Shown piece after piece: positions 8,834 through 19,791 of a stretch of 64,000 bases of DNA. The stretch is from Ilumatobacteraceae bacterium (GTDB lineage Bacteria; Actinomycetota; Acidimicrobiia; Acidimicrobiales; Ilumatobacteraceae). The notes beneath the pieces were generated by a model. That model made no database searches. It saw only the letters and a program-made list of their open reading frames with translations, and was not told the DNA's origin. A program made the position numbers and the translations under genes. Every line of letters begins with the position of its first letter. The stretch's first letter is position 1. Location of the stretch: the NCBI GenBank assembly GCA_039921745.1, contig JBDSBE010000082.1:42418-106417 (forward strand). Reading direction: 5' to 3'.

Positions 8834-10968
8834 GCCGTCGCACCCCACCGCCACGGCCGACCCGCCGGGCCGCTCCGAAGGTTCGCCGTGCGCCGGGTGC
8901 GCATACGGTTCGTCGCACGGCGCCGCAACGGTCGCAGACACCCCGTCGCCGCACGGCATCGCCCTCGACGACAGCGGGCCGGCGCACGACGCGATCGCGG
9001 TCGACGGAGACACCGCGCGCGGAGGTCGGTCGTCGCACGGGTCGTCGAGACGGCCGTTCTCCTCAAGCCGCGACGCGCTCCGCCGGTCAGCGCCGCGATG
9101 TCACCGTGCAACCAGCGCGCACCAACCCGTCGCGGGCTCACCAGCCACAGCGTCGGAGCCCGTTCAAGCGACGGATCGTGGCTCCCAAACCGACCGTCGT
9201 CAGGACCGGGTTGTTCCACGGCGTCGGATCGTCGTCGTGGCGGCTCAAGTTGCTGCTCGTCCTGCTCCTGGTGATCCTCGGGAGCGTGCTGTTCAAGGTC
9301 GGACAGCTCCAGAGCGACGGCGGTGAGTCACTGCGGACCGCAGGTGCACAGCAGTGGGAACGGGTCCGCCCGCTCCAGGCCGATCGCGGCACGATCTTCG
9401 ACCGCAACGGTGAAGAACTCGCCATGTCGATCCCGGCCTACTCGATCAGCATGAACCCGAAGCTCATCACCGACGAGGCAGGTACGGCCAAGGTCCTGCA
9501 GTCGATGCTCGGGCTCGATGACGCTGTGACCCGCACGCTCTACGACTCGATGGTCGCGAAGCAGACCGGCTTCAAGTACGTGGCACGCGAAGTCGACGTC
9601 TCGGTCGGCCAGCAGCTGGCCGGACTCCGCCTCACCGGCGTCAACGTCGACGAGGAGGATAAGCGGATTCTGCCCGGCGGCGACACCGGACGCAGTGTCA
9701 TCGGCCTGACCGACATCGACGGTACCGGGATTGCGGGGCTCGAGGCCCAATACGACGCGCAGCTGACCGGCACGCCCGGGTCTCTCCGCAAGGAGATCGC
9801 ACCAGGGGGCCGCTCGGTGGCGGGCACCGAAGAGATCATCTCGCTCCCGGTTCCCGGCAACGACGTCATCCTGACCCTGGACCGTTCGATCCAGTTCACT
9901 GCCGAGCAGCTGCTGCTCGGTCGCGTCACCGAGCTGCTGGCGAAGTCGGGCTACATCGTGATCATGGACACGAAGTCCGGCGACATCCTGGCGATGGCCT
10001 CCGTCCAGCGCGACGGCGAGGGCACGGTGGAGATCACGAGCGGGAACTACGCCGCGGTCAACGCCTACGAACCCGGCTCGGTGGCCAAGGTCGTCACCAT
10101 CGCCGCCGCCCTCAACGACGGCGAGGTCACCCCCGAGCGGACATTCGTCGTGCCGTGGCGCAAGGAGTACGCCGACGACCTGCTCAGCGACTCCCACCAG
10201 CACCCCGACGACCTGATGAGCGTCGAACAGATTCTGGTGGAGTCGTCGAACATCGGCACGATCATGGTGCAGCAGCAACTCGGCAACGGGGTGTGGGATG
10301 CAGCCCGCCAGACGCACTGGAACTACCTGCGCAACTTCGGGTTCGGCGAACGCACGGCGCTCGACTTTCCCGACGAGTCGCCGGGCATCCTGAAGGACTG
10401 GACGGATTTGTGGGGATCCGAGCGGGTCACTGTCGCCTACGGGCAAGGATTCGCGGCGACCCCGATCCAGATGGTGTCGGCCGTGAACACGATCGCGAAT
10501 GACGGGATGTATGTCGCACCACGGCTGGTCAAGGCGACCGTCGACCCGACCGGTCAGATCGACGATGCGGAACAGTCGGCGACCCACGAGGTGATCCGGC
10601 CCGAGGTCGCCACCCAGATGCAGCACCTGATGCGTCAGGTCGTCTGTCGTGGCACGGCCAAGCTGGCGCAGGAGGGTGTCGAGCGATTCAGCATCGCCGG
10701 CAAGACCGGGACGGGCCTCAAGTCGCAACCGAACGGCACGTACCTCAACGCCGCCGGCGAGCGGGTGTACTACGCAAGTTTCGCCGGGTTCTTCCCCGCC
10801 GAGGATCCGGAGATCACCGTGCTCGTGTCGATCGACGAACCGCCTGCCGGCGACATCAACCGCTTCGGCGGCACCGCCGCCGCGCCCGTGTTCGCGAACC
10901 TCGTCCCGACGATCGTGCACGAGCTCGGCATGCAGCCACCTGCCGACACGGTCCCGTGCCAGCCGTGA
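8830..10968 (+). CDS. ftsI: Class B penicillin-binding protein (FtsI)
   Basis: RGTIFDRNG, YEPGSVAK (SxxK), SSN, AGKTGT; ATG overlaps the ftsL stop. Confidence 0.93.
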   Translation: MSRRTPPPRPTRRAAPKVRRAPGAHTVRRTAPQRSQTPRRRTASPSTTAGRRTTRSRSTETPRAEVGRRTGRRDGRSPQAATRSAGQRRDVTVQPARTNPSRAHQPQRRSPFKRRIVAPKPTVVRTGLFHGVGSSSWRLKLLLVLLLVILGSVLFKVGQLQSDGGESLRTAGAQQWERVRPLQADRGTIFDRNGEELAMSIPAYSISMNPKLITDEAGTAKVLQSMLGLDDAVTRTLYDSMVAKQTGFKYVAREVDVSVGQQLAGLRLTGVNVDEEDKRILPGGDTGRSVIGLTDIDGTGIAGLEAQYDAQLTGTPGSLRKEIAPGGRSVAGTEEIISLPVPGNDVILTLDRSIQFTAEQLLLGRVTELLAKSGYIVIMDTKSGDILAMASVQRDGEGTVEITSGNYAAVNAYEPGSVAKVVTIAAALNDGEVTPERTFVVPWRKEYADDLLSDSHQHPDDLMSVEQILVESSNIGTIMVQQQLGNGVWDAARQTHWNYLRNFGFGERTALDFPDESPGILKDWTDLWGSERVTVAYGQGFAATPIQMVSAVNTIANDGMYVAPRLVKATVDPTGQIDDAEQSATHEVIRPEVATQMQHLMRQVVCRGTAKLAQEGVERFSIAGKTGTGLKSQPNGTYLNAAGERVYYASFAGFFPAEDPEITVLVSIDEPPAGDINRFGGTAAAPVFANLVPTIVHELGMQPPADTVPCQP

Positions 10969-12440
10969 CGACAGCGGTCACGGTCGATGCCGTGATCTCT
11001 GCGGTGCCCGCGGCGTTGATCGTCGGGCGCAGCGGGGAGCGGCCGGCCGCGGTCGTCGACCTCACCCACGACTCGCGTCAGGTCGGCCCGGGCTGGGCAT
11101 TCGCCTGCGTCACGGGCGAGCGGTCCGATGGCCACGATTTCGCGGCAGCCGCCGTCGAGGCCGGTGCCGTGATGCTGCTCGTCGAACGAACACTGCCACT
11201 CGACGTCCCCCAGCTCGTCGTGACAGACGTGCGACGGGCGATGGGGCCTGCCGCCGCAGCCGTCCACGGTCATCCGGCCGAGCGGTTGACCATGGTCGGG
11301 ATCACCGGTACGAACGGCAAGACCACGACCACGGCAATGCTCGGTTCGATCTTGCGCGCGACTGGCCGTGACGTTCGCATGCAAGGGACGCTGTCCGGCG
11401 CCCGGACCACACCGGAAGCCCCCGATCTCCAACGGCAACTGGCGGAGTACGTCGACGAGGGCGTCGACGCGGTCGTGATGGAGGTCTCTTCGCACGCGAT
11501 GGTGTTCCATCGGGTGGCCGGCACCCACTTCGATGTCGTCGTGTTCACCAACCTCGGTCGCGACCACCTCGACCTGCACGAATCGATGGAGGCGTACTTC
11601 CGGGCCAAGGCATCGCTGTTCGATCCGGCGCTCGCCGCGACGGGCGTCACCAACCTCGACGATCCGTCGGGCCGCCTCATCTTCGACGCCGCCCAGATCG
11701 AGATGCGTGGCTACTCGCTGGCCGACGCCGTCGATGTGGCAGTCACCGTCGACCGGCACTCGTTCACCTGGCAGGGGCATTCGGTCACCGTTCCCGTCGG
11801 CGGGCACTTCAACGTGATGAACTCGATCGCCGCGCTCACCACCGCCGATGTCGTCGGTGTGTCACCGGACGACGCAGTCCGCGGCCTCGCCACGTGCACC
11901 ACGGTGCCCGGCCGGTTCGAGACCGTCGACGACCCGACGCGTGACCAGATCTCGGTCGTCGTCGACTACGCCCACACACCCGACGGGCTCGAAGCGCTGC
12001 TGGGTTCGGCACGCCAGATGCTGCAGGGGGGTCGTCTCGTCGCGGTGTTCGGATGTGCCGGCGATCGGGACGCCGAGAAGCGGGCGCCGATGGGGGCCGT
12101 GGGCGCCGCGCTCGCCGACCTCGCCATCATCACCTCCGACAATCCTCGTCGTGAGGATCCGGCGTCGATCATCGCCGACGTGCTGGCGGGTGTCGCGTCG
12201 TCCGATCGCGCGGCGACGTTGACCGAGGTCGACCGGCGGACGGCGATTTCGCTCGCGATCGGTCGTGCGCAGCCCGGTGACATCGTCGTCATCGCCGGCA
12301 AAGGCCACGAGACGACGCAGACGATCGGCGACGATGTCCGTCCGTTCGATGACAGAGTGGTGGCACGCGAGTTCCTCGCCGAGCTCGCCGCCGGATCGGT
12401 CGATCCGGCCCCATCGCCGCTGACTGGAGGGCCATCGTGA
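10965..12440 (+). CDS. murE: UDP-MurNAc-tripeptide synthetase (DAP type)
   Basis: GITGTNGKTT, MEVSSH, DYAHTPD, DNPR, AGKGHE. Confidence 0.96.
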   Translation: MTTAVTVDAVISAVPAALIVGRSGERPAAVVDLTHDSRQVGPGWAFACVTGERSDGHDFAAAAVEAGAVMLLVERTLPLDVPQLVVTDVRRAMGPAAAAVHGHPAERLTMVGITGTNGKTTTTAMLGSILRATGRDVRMQGTLSGARTTPEAPDLQRQLAEYVDEGVDAVVMEVSSHAMVFHRVAGTHFDVVVFTNLGRDHLDLHESMEAYFRAKASLFDPALAATGVTNLDDPSGRLIFDAAQIEMRGYSLADAVDVAVTVDRHSFTWQGHSVTVPVGGHFNVMNSIAALTTADVVGVSPDDAVRGLATCTTVPGRFETVDDPTRDQISVVVDYAHTPDGLEALLGSARQMLQGGRLVAVFGCAGDRDAEKRAPMGAVGAALADLAIITSDNPRREDPASIIADVLAGVASSDRAATLTEVDRRTAISLAIGRAQPGDIVVIAGKGHETTQTIGDDVRPFDDRVVAREFLAELAAGSVDPAPSPLTGGPS

Positions 12441-13480
12441 TCGCCGTACTGATTGCCAGCGCGGTCTCGACGCTGATCTCGCTGTTCGGTACCCGCTACC
12501 TGATCGTGTTCTTCCGGACCCGCGGTCACGGCCAGCCGATCCTCGGCAAGGAGGATCGCGGGCCTGATCATCACATGGTCAAGCAGGGCACGCCCACGAT
12601 GGGAGGGATCGCGATCGTCGTCGCCGCGTTCGTCGGGTGGGCGGTCGCCCACATCCGCGATATCGCGTTCTCCGACCAGGCGATGATCGTGTGGCTGGGG
12701 ATCCTGTCGATGGCCTTCATGGGGTTTCTCGACGATTGGATCAAGGTCCGCAAACGTCACAATCGGGGCATCTTCTGGAAACAGAAGAACTACATCACCA
12801 TGGCGATTGCATTCGGATTCGCCTGGTGGCTGGCGGGCACCACCGGCGTCGACGAGTCGATCAGCCTCGTGCGAGCCGGCGATCTCGGCTTCGAGGTGCC
12901 GACCGTGGTGTGGGTGATCTGGGCCGGCGTGATCGTGTGGGCGACGACGAACGCCGTGAACGTGACCGACGGCCTCGACGGCCTCGCCGGCGGATCGGCC
13001 CTGATGGGGTTCGGCGCCTTCATGATCATCGCCTACTGGGCGTTCCGCAATCCCGACGTCTACCACGACGTCGTCAACCCGCTCGACATGGGCGTCATGG
13101 CGGCCGGTTTCGCCGGTGCATGCCTCGGGTTCCTGTGGTGGAACGCCGCCCCGGCGCGGATCTTCATGGGCGATGTCGGCGCGCTCGGGATCGGATCTGC
13201 GCTCGCATTCCTCGCACTGACGTTGAACACCCACGTGCTCTTGATCCTGATCTGCGGGATCAACGTGATCGAGGCCGGCTCGGTCGCTGTCCAGATGGGT
13301 GTGTTCAAGGCGTCCGGGCGGACCCGCCGACTGTTCCGCATGTCACCGATCCACCACCATTTCGAACTCGGCGGCTGGCCCGAGACGACGGTGATCATCC
13401 GGTTCTGGTTGATCTCGGCGATCTGCGTTGCATCCGCACTGGCGGTCTTCATCGCCGACTTCACCAGGGTGGTCGGCTGA
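12437..13480 (+). CDS. mraY: Phospho-MurNAc-pentapeptide transferase
   Basis: KQGTPTMGG, NAVNVTDGLDGL, IFMGDVG, PIHHHFE. Confidence 0.97.
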   Translation: MIAVLIASAVSTLISLFGTRYLIVFFRTRGHGQPILGKEDRGPDHHMVKQGTPTMGGIAIVVAAFVGWAVAHIRDIAFSDQAMIVWLGILSMAFMGFLDDWIKVRKRHNRGIFWKQKNYITMAIAFGFAWWLAGTTGVDESISLVRAGDLGFEVPTVVWVIWAGVIVWATTNAVNVTDGLDGLAGGSALMGFGAFMIIAYWAFRNPDVYHDVVNPLDMGVMAAGFAGACLGFLWWNAAPARIFMGDVGALGIGSALAFLALTLNTHVLLILICGINVIEAGSVAVQMGVFKASGRTRRLFRMSPIHHHFELGGWPETTVIIRFWLISAICVASALAVFIADFTRVVG

Positions 13481-13482
13481 CC

Positions 13483-14847
13483 GTGCGTACCCTCGTCCAC
13501 GGCCTCGCGATCACCGGCGCGTCCACGGTGAGCGCGCTCCGACGACGTGGTCACGACGTCGTCGTCTCGGACGATCACCACACCGACACGACACATGATC
13601 TGGCGAACGCCCTCGGCGTCGAGCTGCTGCACACACCCCTCGACCTGGGGGTGTTCGCCTGCCAATTCGACCTGATCGTCCCGGCCCCCGGCGTTCCGGA
13701 GACCCACGGTCTGATCAGGGCCGCCCGGACGACCGGCGTCCCCGTCGTCAGCGAGATCGAACTCGCCTACCGGTGGGAGCAGGAACGGCCGCAGGGACCG
13801 CGCCCGATCCTGGCCGTGACCGGCACCGACGGCAAGACGACCACCACGGACATGGCGGTGGCGATGCTGCGCGCCGCAGGACGACGGGCCGATGCAGTCG
13901 GCAACACCGACGTGCCGTTCGTCGATGCGATCGACACCGACCTCGAGGTGTTCGTGGTCGAATGCAGCAGCTTCCGACTGGCCTGGACGCAGCAGTTCCG
14001 GTCCGAAGCAGCGGTCTGGCTCAACTTCGCGCCGGACCACCTGAACTGGCACGAGTCGCTGGCCTCCTACGAGGCGACCAAGGCCAGACTGTTCGACCTG
14101 CAGCGCACGACCGATGTCGCGATCGGTTCGATCGAGGACGACATCGTCATGCAGCATCTCGACGTCGCACCCGGTCGCCGTCGGACGTTCGGTCTCGACC
14201 GCGGCGACTACCGGCTCGACGGAAACATGCTGACCGGGCCGAACGGACCGATCGTGGACGCCGATGCGATGCAGCGCAGCCTCCCGCACGACATCACGAA
14301 CGCGCTCGCCGCCTCGGCACTGGTGATGGAGACCGGGCTCGCCGACGCCGACGCGATCGGTACGGCACTCACGGACTTCGTCGCGCGGCCGCACCGGCTC
14401 GAGGTGGTCGTCAGTCGCGATGGCATCACCTGGTACAACGACTCGAAAGCGACGACACCACACGCCGCCGCGACGGCCATCCACGCCTTCGACTCCCTCG
14501 TCCTGATCGCCGGCGGCAGCCGCAAGGGCGTCGACCTGTCGCCGATGGCAGCGGAAGCGGACCGGGTTCGGGCCGTCATCGCGATCGGCGAGGCGGCCCC
14601 CGACATTCGCGCTGTGTTCGGCGCGTCGACGCCGGTCACCGACGCGATCTCGATGCGTGATGCCGTCCGGATGGCGGCGGCGGCGGCCCGGGCCGGTGAC
14701 GCCGTCGTGCTCTCACCCGGCTGTGCCAGCTTCGACTGGTACACCGGCTACCCGGCCCGAGGCGACGATTTCCGCCGCCTCGTCCACGAGCTCTACTCGA
14801 TTGCCGACTCGGACGACGCCGCAGCATCCCAGGAGATCCACGCGTGA
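13483..14847 (+). CDS. murD: UDP-MurNAc-L-Ala:D-Glu ligase
   Basis: VTGTDGKTTT, ECSSF, PDHLNWH, HRLE, NDSKAT, LSPGCASFD. Confidence 0.95.
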   Translation: MRTLVHGLAITGASTVSALRRRGHDVVVSDDHHTDTTHDLANALGVELLHTPLDLGVFACQFDLIVPAPGVPETHGLIRAARTTGVPVVSEIELAYRWEQERPQGPRPILAVTGTDGKTTTTDMAVAMLRAAGRRADAVGNTDVPFVDAIDTDLEVFVVECSSFRLAWTQQFRSEAAVWLNFAPDHLNWHESLASYEATKARLFDLQRTTDVAIGSIEDDIVMQHLDVAPGRRRTFGLDRGDYRLDGNMLTGPNGPIVDADAMQRSLPHDITNALAASALVMETGLADADAIGTALTDFVARPHRLEVVVSRDGITWYNDSKATTPHAAATAIHAFDSLVLIAGGSRKGVDLSPMAAEADRVRAVIAIGEAAPDIRAVFGASTPVTDAISMRDAVRMAAAAARAGDAVVLSPGCASFDWYTGYPARGDDFRRLVHELYSIADSDDAAASQEIHA

Positions 14848-14878
14848 ACCAGCAGCCCCTTCAACCGAAAGAGTGCGC

Positions 14879-16237
14879 ATGACGACGACCATGAACCCGT
14901 GGGCGACCGACTCCGACGTCAGGGCACGCCGTCAGGCGGCCCTCGATCGCCTCACCGGCGGGACGAATGGCGCCGGCAAAGCCCGTCGGAGCAAACCGTC
15001 GCGGCGGGCGGTGCAGCTCAAGGAACCCAGGGTCGCCGAGCAGTTGGGCCCGACGCCGCGGGTCTTCTACGCGATCGTGGTGATCGTCGCGGTGTTCGTG
15101 ATGCTCGGCCTCGTGATGGTGCTCTCCGCGTCGTCGGCGAATCAAGTCGGTGGCGATCGTTCGCCGTACACGATCTTCAATCGTCAGCTGATGTGGGCGA
15201 GCGTCGGGTTCGTGGCGATGATCGTCGCGTACAAGGTGCCGTACGCTCGCTGGCGCTCGTTCGTGATTCCCGGGACCATCCTGGCCGCCGGTGGCATGAT
15301 GCTGCCGTTCGTCCCCGGTCTGGGTGCCACGATCAACGACGCCAACTCGTGGGTTCGGTTCGGATCGTTCGGCTTCCAGCCGTCGGAGTTCCTCAAGCTC
15401 GCGTCGATCGCGTTTCTCGCCGACACGTTCGCACGTCACCGCGACGACCTGGCCGAACCGCGGCGCGGACTCGTGCCGATGTCGATCGTGGCGTTCGGTT
15501 GCGCCGGTGTCAGCTTCCTCCAGGGTGACCTCGGCTCGGCGATCGTGCTCGCGTCGGTCGTCCTCGCCGTCGGCCTGATCGCCGGCGTCCCGCTCGTCCA
15601 CGTCGGGTCGGTGTCGCTGATCGGGGTGTGCGGCGCCGCAATCGCGATCCTGTCGGACCCTCGCCGCTTCAACCGGCTCGCCGCATTCCGTGACATCGAG
15701 GGCAACAAGGAACACCTCGCCTGGCAGTCCTGGCAGGGGCTGCTCAGCATCGCGAACGGGGGCATGACGGGCTCGGGCATCGGGGGGAGCAACTCGAAGC
15801 TCGGCTATCTCCCACTCGCTCACAGCGACTTCATCTTCGCCGTGATCGCCGACGAGCTGGGCTTCGTCGGTTCGGTCGCCGTCGTCGGAGGGTTCGCCCT
15901 CCTCGTCTGGTTCGGGATCCAGACTGCGCTCGCAGCGCCGGATCAGTTCGGGCTGATCCTGGCCGGCGGCATCTCGGTCTGGTTCGGTGTCCAGTCGATC
16001 ATCAACATGGGCGGCGTCGTCGGGCTGATGCCCGTGACCGGTCTCACGCTGCCGTTCTTCTCGGCCGGTGGCACGTCACTGTTCACCTCGATGGTCGCCG
16101 CAGGCCTGCTGTTGAACGTCGCCCGGCGAGCCGTCACGGCGCCCCGACGCGCAACGACGTCGACGAGCAGATCTCCTGGCACATCGACAGGCACATCGAC
16201 AGGCACATCGGTGGGTTGCGCGACGGCCGCCCGGTGA
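14879..16237 (+). CDS. ftsW: SEDS peptidoglycan glycosyltransferase FtsW
   Basis: FQPSEFLK, LPLAHSDFIFAVIADELG, PVTGLTLPFFSAGGTS. Confidence 0.94.
   Translation: MTTTMNPWATDSDVRARRQAALDRLTGGTNGAGKARRSKPSRRAVQLKEPRVAEQLGPTPRVFYAIVVIVAVFVMLGLVMVLSASSANQVGGDRSPYTIFNRQLMWASVGFVAMIVAYKVPYARWRSFVIPGTILAAGGMMLPFVPGLGATINDANSWVRFGSFGFQPSEFLKLASIAFLADTFARHRDDLAEPRRGLVPMSIVAFGCAGVSFLQGDLGSAIVLASVVLAVGLIAGVPLVHVGSVSLIGVCGAAIAILSDPRRFNRLAAFRDIEGNKEHLAWQSWQGLLSIANGGMTGSGIGGSNSKLGYLPLAHSDFIFAVIADELGFVGSVAVVGGFALLVWFGIQTALAAPDQFGLILAGGISVWFGVQSIINMGGVVGLMPVTGLTLPFFSAGGTSLFTSMVAAGLLLNVARRAVTAPRRATTSTSRSPGTSTGTSTGTSVGCATAAR
16178..16210 (+). repeat. 12-bp tandem repeat GGCACATCGACA x2.75 (GTST) in the ftsW tail
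   Basis: Direct reading. Confidence 0.85.
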
Positions 16238-17334
16238 GTCCACCGTTCGCCGTGGTCACCGGCGGCGGGACCGCCGGTCACGTGCTACCGGCGATCGCGG
16301 TCGGCGAGGCACTCGTCGCGGCGGGTCACGAACCGGCGACGATCCACTACATGGGCGCCCGTCGTGGAATCGAGACTCGGCTCCTGCCCGACACGCCGTT
16401 CCCCCACACGTTCTTCGACGTGGTCGGGCTCCAGCGAAGTCTGACGCGCCGCAACCTGGCGTTCGTCCCGTCGATGATCCGGGCGCGACGGGCAGCGATC
16501 AAGGCGTTCCGTGCTGCTCGGCCCGAGGTGGTCGTGAGCGTCGGAGGGTACGCCAGCATGCCTGCGGTGTTCGCCGCACGGACGCTCGGCATCCCGATCG
16601 TGGTGGTCAGCTACGACTTGCTTCCCGGACGGGCCAGTCGTCTCGCCGCACGTGGTGCTGCGGCGTGCGCCGTGGCGTTCCCGGACTCCCCGCTGCCGAA
16701 GGCGACGCTGACGGGGGCACCGGTCCGTCGGGCGATCCTCGATGTCGACCGGGTCCGCGATCGTGCGGCCGCACGGGTCGAGCTCGGGCTCCCCGCCGAT
16801 CGGTTCGTGGTCGCCGTCATGGGCGGGTCACAGGGTTCCGGCGTCCTCAACACCGCCGTCGTCGACCTCCTGCGTCGACACGGTGACGATCGCGGGTTGG
16901 CGATCCGCCATGTCGTGGGCGACCGGTTCGTCGAGTCGGCCGGCCCGGCACGAGACGGCGCAACCGGAGTGCTCTATCAGCCGATCTCGTATGAGCCGCG
17001 CATGGCGTCGGTGTACGCCGCCGCCGACGTCATCGTGGGGCGCGGTGGAGCGAGCACCGTGCACGAGGTCGCGGTGACCGGCACACCGGCGGTGCTGGTG
17101 CCGTGGGCCGACTCCGCAGAAGACCATCAGACGCTCAACGTGCGCTGGCTCGCCGACGCCGGGGCCGCAATCCACCTCGCGGAAACGGAGATCGGGCAGC
17201 TGGGCGACGTCGTCGCTCGGCTCCGCAGCGACGACGAAGCGCGTTCGGCACTGACCCGCAACGCGCTCGAGCTCGGACGGATCCACCGTCGGGGAGCGCT
17301 CGCCGAACTGATCGAATCCGTCGCCGCCGGCTGA
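16234..17334 (+). CDS. murG: Lipid II GlcNAc transferase
   Basis: GGGTAGHV, GGYAS, GGSQG, GRGGASTVHE, HQTLN. Confidence 0.96.
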   Translation: MSPPFAVVTGGGTAGHVLPAIAVGEALVAAGHEPATIHYMGARRGIETRLLPDTPFPHTFFDVVGLQRSLTRRNLAFVPSMIRARRAAIKAFRAARPEVVVSVGGYASMPAVFAARTLGIPIVVVSYDLLPGRASRLAARGAAACAVAFPDSPLPKATLTGAPVRRAILDVDRVRDRAAARVELGLPADRFVVAVMGGSQGSGVLNTAVVDLLRRHGDDRGLAIRHVVGDRFVESAGPARDGATGVLYQPISYEPRMASVYAAADVIVGRGGASTVHEVAVTGTPAVLVPWADSAEDHQTLNVRWLADAGAAIHLAETEIGQLGDVVARLRSDDEARSALTRNALELGRIHRRGALAELIESVAAG

Positions 17335-17404
17335 TGGTGCGCCGCCACCGCCTCGCGGGCAATGGCACCAGATCACCGTCATGGTCTCGTAACCTGACCA
17401 CGCT

Positions 17405-18802
17405 GTGAGCAACGTACCCACCGCTCCGATCGACCTGTCGACGCCACGACGCCTGCACGTGATCGGTGCGGCCGGCCCGGGGATGAGCGCGATCGCGATC
17501 GCGCTCGCCCAGATGGGTCACAACGTCTCGGGCGTCGACCTGCGGGAACGCCAGGTACTCGACCGGTTGCGTGCTGCGGGAGTCGCCGTGCACGTCGGTC
17601 ACCACCGATCGCACGTCGTGGGATGTGACGCCGTCACCGCCTCGACGGCGATCCCGTCCGACCTCAACGAACTCGACGAGGCCCGCAAGCTCGGCGTCGC
17701 CACCCTGAGCCGGGCCGGGATGCTGGCGTCGATCTGTGCGCAGGCGAAGTCGTTGGCCGTCGCCGGGACGCACGGCAAGACGACGACGACCTCGATGCTG
17801 ATGTTGATCCTGGCCGAGGCCGAGCTCCGTCCGGGTTTCATCATCGGCGGCGACGTCAACGACATGGGCACCGGCGCCCAGTGGACGGGCGGGGAGTGGT
17901 TCGTCGTGGAGGCCGACGAGAGTGACGGCACGCACCTGGAACTGCCGCTGCACGGGACGATCCTCACCAACATCGACACCGATCACCTCGACCACTACGG
18001 CTCGCTCGACGAGATCGAGCACTCGTTCGACCGATATCTGGCGCAGATCCCCGGACCGAAGGTCGTGTGCATCGATGCCGAACGGGCGGCGCGAGTCGCC
18101 GCCAGGCACGACACGATCACCTACGGTCTGTCGCCCGATGCCGAGTTCCGGGCGGTGAACCTGCGACCCGACCACGGCTCGTTCCACTTCGAGGTCGAAC
18201 GGGGGGCCGAAGTGATCGCCTCGGTCCACCTTCCGCTGCGCGGCGAACACAACGTGGTGAACGCCACCGGCGCACTCGCGCTCGCCGTTGCGATCGGGGT
18301 CGAGCCGACCGTCGCAGCCGAGGCACTCTCGAAGTTCGGTGGGGTGGCTCGACGGTTCGACATCAGGGGCCACGACGGTGGCGCCACGTTCGTCGACGAC
18401 TACGCCCACCTCCCGACCGAGATCGACGCCGTCCTGCGCGCGGCTCGGGACAGCGGCGACGGTTGGCAGCGACTGGTCGCAGTGTTCCAACCGAATCGGT
18501 ACAACCGGATGGCCGAGATGTGGCGGGAGTACGCGGATGCGTTCGTCGCAGCCGATCTGATCGTCCTGACAGACATCTACCCGTCGGGTACGCAGCCCAT
18601 TCCGGGGATCACCGGCAAGCTCGTGGTCAACGCCGTGCTCGACGAGCATCCCGACGCGCGTGTCGTGTGGTTGCCGCGCCGCGACCAACTCGTCGACTAC
18701 CTCGCCGGGCACGTGACGGATGGGGACGTGTGCATTTCGATGGGTTGTGGCGACATCGCCTCCCTGCCCGACGAGGTGCTGGCCGCGCGGGGCCACGCGT
18801 GA
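17405..18802 (+). CDS. murC: UDP-MurNAc:L-Ala ligase
   Basis: VAGTHGKTTTTSM, VEADESDG, DHLDHY, DDYAHLPTE. Confidence 0.96.
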   Translation: MSNVPTAPIDLSTPRRLHVIGAAGPGMSAIAIALAQMGHNVSGVDLRERQVLDRLRAAGVAVHVGHHRSHVVGCDAVTASTAIPSDLNELDEARKLGVATLSRAGMLASICAQAKSLAVAGTHGKTTTTSMLMLILAEAELRPGFIIGGDVNDMGTGAQWTGGEWFVVEADESDGTHLELPLHGTILTNIDTDHLDHYGSLDEIEHSFDRYLAQIPGPKVVCIDAERAARVAARHDTITYGLSPDAEFRAVNLRPDHGSFHFEVERGAEVIASVHLPLRGEHNVVNATGALALAVAIGVEPTVAAEALSKFGGVARRFDIRGHDGGATFVDDYAHLPTEIDAVLRAARDSGDGWQRLVAVFQPNRYNRMAEMWREYADAFVAADLIVLTDIYPSGTQPIPGITGKLVVNAVLDEHPDARVVWLPRRDQLVDYLAGHVTDGDVCISMGCGDIASLPDEVLAARGHA

Positions 18803-19791
18803 GCGCTGACCTGGTGACCGATCGCCTGGCCGAGGTGCTCGGTGATCGGTTGCGTCGTGACGTGCCGCTGGGGCCGATGACGACCTACCGGGTCGGTGGC
18901 GCAGCCGCGATGTTCGTCGATGTCCGGTCGCTCGACGACCTGATCGCGATCGCCGAGGTGCGTGCCGACACGGGCGTGCCGGTCCTGGTGATCGGCCGTG
19001 GTTCGAACATGCTGGTGTCCGACTCGGGATTCGACGGGGTTGCGCTGTCGATCGCCGGATTCGCCGATCACATCGTCATCCCGGCGGCCGAGAGCGGCGA
19101 CCCGGCCGGGGCCGGGCCGCGGATCGTCGCCGCCGGCGGCGGGGTCGCACTGCCCGTCCTCGCACGGCGAACTGCAGCCGCCGCGATCACCGGTTTCGAA
19201 TGGGCGGTCGGCGTGCCCGGGTCGGTCGGCGGTGCGGTGCGGATGAATGCCGGCGGGCACGGTTCCGACATGGCGGCCTGCCTGATCGACGTCGACGTCT
19301 TCGACTTCGATGATCCCGGCGCCGGCCTGATCACCGTGCCGGCCGACGGGCTCGGCCTGCGGTTCCGGGCGTCGGCGCTCGCGCCGTCACACATCGTCGT
19401 CGAGGCCAGGCTCCGCCTCGGGGCGGGTGACCGGGCCGCGTCCGAGGCTGAGATCGCCGACATCGTGCGGTGGCGGCGCGAGCATCAGCCCGGCGGGCAG
19501 AACTGCGGTTCCGTGTTCGTCAACCCGGTCCCGGGCGAAGTCACCGGTGGCGGACTGATCGACTCGCTCGGCCTCCGTGGTTTCACGATCGGGACAGCAG
19601 CGGTCTCCGACAAGCACGCGAACTTCATCCAGGCATCCGATGGCGGCCGAGCGACCGACGTCCGCGACGTGATCGAACACGTCCGCCGCGAGGTCGCACG
19701 CAGAACTGGGTACCGGTTGCGCAGCGAGGTCCGCCTGGTCGGCTTCGACGACACCGACCCGTTGTCGTTCGACGAAGGATGCGCGCCGTGA
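18799..19791 (+). CDS. murB: UDP-N-acetylenolpyruvoylglucosamine reductase
   Basis: TTYRVGGAA, GRGSNMLVSD, PGSVGGAVRMNAG, NCGSVFVNP, KHANFI. Confidence 0.95.
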   Translation: MSADLVTDRLAEVLGDRLRRDVPLGPMTTYRVGGAAAMFVDVRSLDDLIAIAEVRADTGVPVLVIGRGSNMLVSDSGFDGVALSIAGFADHIVIPAAESGDPAGAGPRIVAAGGGVALPVLARRTAAAAITGFEWAVGVPGSVGGAVRMNAGGHGSDMAACLIDVDVFDFDDPGAGLITVPADGLGLRFRASALAPSHIVVEARLRLGAGDRAASEAEIADIVRWRREHQPGGQNCGSVFVNPVPGEVTGGGLIDSLGLRGFTIGTAAVSDKHANFIQASDGGRATDVRDVIEHVRREVARRTGYRLRSEVRLVGFDDTDPLSFDEGCAP